The notes under the pieces: generated by a model
What the model was told of the DNA's origin: nothing
Database searches by the model: none
The model's input: only the letters and a program-made list of their open reading frames with translations
Origin: Eledone cirrhosa
Taxonomy: Eukaryota
Direction: 5' to 3'
DNA: 64,000 nt
Assembly (NCBI GenBank): GCA_964016885.1
Contig: OZ024756.1
Span: 2,666,001 to 2,730,000 of the forward strand
Shown here: positions 60,640 to 64,000 of the stretch, in pieces
Layout: the number at the start of each line of letters is the position of its first letter
Position numbering within the stretch: position 1 is the first letter of the stretch
Program-made: the position numbers and the translations under genes

Positions 60640-61715
60640 CTACCTCTCTCTAATTCTCTCTAACTCTCTCTCTCTAACTCTCTCTCTAATTCTCTCTCTA
60701 TCTCTGTCTAACTCTCTCTCTAACTCTATCTCTAACTCTGCTTAACTCTCTCTCTCTCTATCTATCTATCTCTGTCTCTCTCTCTCTGTCTCTCTCTCAT
60801 CAACTCTCTCTCTCTTTCACTCTTTCTCTAATTCTTTCTCGAACTCTCTCTACCTCTATCTCTCTCTAACTCCCTCTGTTTCACTCTCTCTCTCTAACTC
60901 TCTCTATAACTCTCTCTAACTCTCTCTCTCTCTCTAACTCTGTCTCTCTTTCTCTAACTTTCTCTAACTCACTCTAACTCCCTAACTCTCTCTCTCTCTC
61001 TAACTCTCTCTAACTCTCCAACTCTCAGTCTAACTCTCTCTCTCTAACTCTGTCTCTCTCTCTAACTCTCTCTATTTTACTATCTCTCTCTAATTCGTTC
61101 GTTCTCTAACTCTCTCTTTCACTCTCTCTCTTATTCTTTATCTAACTCTCTCTCCTTCACTCTCTCTCTGATACTTTCTCTAACTCTCTCTAACTCTCTT
61201 TAAATCTCTTTCACTCTGTCTCTCTGTCTCTCTAACTCTCTCTAATTCTCTTTCACTCTCTCTCTGATTCTTTCTCTAACTCTCTCTAGCTCTCTCTCTC
61301 AAACTCTCTCTCTAACTCTCTCTTTCACTCTCAATATATTTGTCTCTCTCTCTCTCTAACTCTCTCTCTCACTTTCACTATCTCTGTCTCTCCCTCTCTC
61401 ACTTTCACTATCTCTGTCTCTCTCTCTAAATCTCTCTCCCACTCTCACTATCTCTGTCTCTCTCTCTCTCACTTTCACTATCTCTGTCTCTCTCACTCTC
61501 ACTTTCACTATCTTTGTCTCTCTCTCTCTAAATCTCTCTCCCACTCTCACTATCTCTGTCTTTCTCTGTCTCTCTCTAAATCTCTCTCTCTTTCACTCTC
61601 ACTCTCTCTGTCTCTCTCTAACTCTCCCTATATCTGCCTCTCTCTCTCTTTCACTCTCACTATATCTGTCTCTCTCTCACTCACTCTCTCTCAGTTACTC
61701 TCTCAATCTGCCTCG

Positions 61716-61746
<31 letters not shown>

Positions 61747-61811
61747 CCTTTTTCTCACACTCTCTCAACACCATAGCCCACTACCTCACTCTCTATCCCT
61801 CCTTCTCTCTC

Positions 61812-61851
<40 letters not shown>

Positions 61852-61990
61852 TCCCTTCTTCTATTCCTCCTTCTCACTCTCTTCTCCCTCTCTCCCCCTC
61901 TCCCCCTCTCCCTTCCTCCCACTCTCCATCCCTCTCCCTCTCACCTTCCCACCACACTCTCTCACTATCCCCTCCCCACTCCCACCCCAC
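60640..61990. repeat. (CT)n-rich low-complexity tract
   Basis: Direct inspection. Confidence 0.95.
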
Positions 61991-62061
61991 TACTCTATAT
62001 ATGTTGCACTACTCCACACCTCTATCCTATGTCCTACCACCATATTGTTTCTCCACACCGA

Positions 62062-62428
62062 ACCACACTCCAATCTCCAGATATACTCCACAACCACACT
62101 CCAATCTCCAGATATACTCCAGAACCGAACTCCAATCTCCAGATATACTCCAGAACCACACTCCAATCTCCAGATATACTCCAGAACCACACTCCAATCT
62201 CCAGATATACTCCAGAACCACACTGCAATCTCCAGATATACTCCAGAACCACACTCCGATCTCCACATATACTCCAGAACCACACTCCAATCTCCAGATA
62301 TACTCCACAACCACACTCCAATCTCCAGATATACTCCAGAACCACACTCCAATCTCCAGATATACTCCAGAACCACACTCCAATCTCCAGATATACTCCA
62401 GAACAACACTCCAATCTCCAGATATACT
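62062..62428. repeat. 31-bp minisatellite (~12 units)
   Basis: Unit accacactccaatctccagatatactccaga. Confidence 0.95.
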
Positions 62429-64000
62429 CTTCCTTTCACTCCCAATTCTTCCTTTCTGTCTTCTTTCCTTCCTCCTTTCTAATCTTCTTTCTTTCCTTCC
62501 ACCTTTTCCTCCTTTCTTTCCTCCTGTATTTCTTCCTTCTTCTTCCTTGCCATCTTTTTCTTTGTTTCTTCTTTTCTCATCGTTCTCTCTTTCTTTTTTC
62601 CTCTTTTTTCTTTCTGTCTTTCATTCTTATTTTGTTTTGTTTTCGTTCTTTCGTTCTTTCTTTCGTTCTTTCTTTCGTTCTTTCTTTTGTTCTCTCTTTT
62701 GTTCTTTCTTTCGTTCTTTCGTTCTTTCTTTCTTTCTTTCGTTCTTTCTTTCTTTCTTTCCTGCTATATTGCTTGTTTCTCTTCCTCATTCTTCTTCTTT
62801 TCATTCTTCCTCAATTCCTTCTTCCTTCCTCCGCTGTCATTAACTCTCTCTAAATGTTCTTCTCATTTTTCACTTCTTCTCTTTCTATAATTCTTTCATT
62901 TCTCTCTCACTCTACCTCTTTCATTGTTTCCTTCCACTTTTACCTCTCACACACATATACAGCCTGGAACACACACACACACACATACAGCCTGGAACAC
63001 ACACACACACATACAGCCTGGAACACACACACACACATACAGCCTGGAACACACACACACACACATAGCATGGAACACACACACATATAGCCTGGAACAC
63101 ACACACACACATACAGCCTGGAACACACACACACACACATATAGCATGGAACACACACATATAGCATGGAACACACACACACATACAGCATGGAATACAC
63201 ACACACATACAGCCTGGAACACACGCACACACATTCACACATACACACAAAACACACATAAACACACACATAAACTCTCACACACTCACATATACACAAA
63301 CACACACAAACACAAACACACATACAGCATGAAACACACACACACACACACTCACTCACACATACATACAAAACACACAGAATATACACACACTCTCGCA
63401 CACTCACATACACACAAAACACACATAAAACACACACATAACATTCACACATTCACACACTCACATACACACACTCCCGCACACTCACATACACACAAAA
63501 CACACATAAAACACACACACAAATACTCACACACTCACATACACACAGACATAAACACACACAAACACACGCACACAAAAAGAGACACTCTCACACACAC
63601 ACATAAACACACTCACACACACATAAACATACCCACACTCACATAAACACATAAACACACACAATTTTATCATCTATTCACAGCAGACAAAATGTTCCAG
63701 TCACAGAGATTTGGTTGGAAACAATCTGACCTTTGAGGGTTTCTGTTCAGCTATTCCAATCTCTTAACTTGTTACACGCACACACACACACACATACACA
63801 CACACACATACACACACAGACAGACACACACACACAAGTACAGGCGTCAAACTTTATATATATATATGTTTTTGAGAAGATCCCGTAAAAGGGTGAAAGC
63901 AGCGATTCTTTGCTTAAACTTTAATCTGTACTTATGGTAAATATATATATATATATAACGAACTAAATGTGGTAAGGAACCAGGTGGACCATAACGCACC

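Overview
AT-rich, microsatellite-dense eukaryotic DNA with no host gene I can support. The SINE and LINE content and the huge (TA)n tracts suggest an octopod cephalopod (inference). Most listed ORFs are microsatellite artefacts. The real content is retroelements: a Naiad-type Penelope-like element (PLE; RT-GIY-YIG) with a 5' inverted pLTR, two related PLEs of another clade, RTE and Tx1-like LINE fragments, and many tRNA-derived SINEs. The main signal, read by eye, is about 35 type-I hammerhead ribozyme (HHR) motifs from about 15 sequence families. Nearly all sit in short cassettes inserted into (TA)n tracts, often with an inverted duplication. They include two tandem arrays of ~465-nt HHR-bearing, highly structured non-coding monomers (24201-27106 and 16893-18842, plus a diverged single copy at ~43858). 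These look like retrozymes copied by rolling-circle reverse transcription of a circular RNA, with a fixed 3' junction and a 5' inversion. Several HHR families carry non-canonical cores (U3-A8, A4, C4, U3) or very long stem II inserts. All folds were paired manually, none was computed, and element boundaries are approximate.
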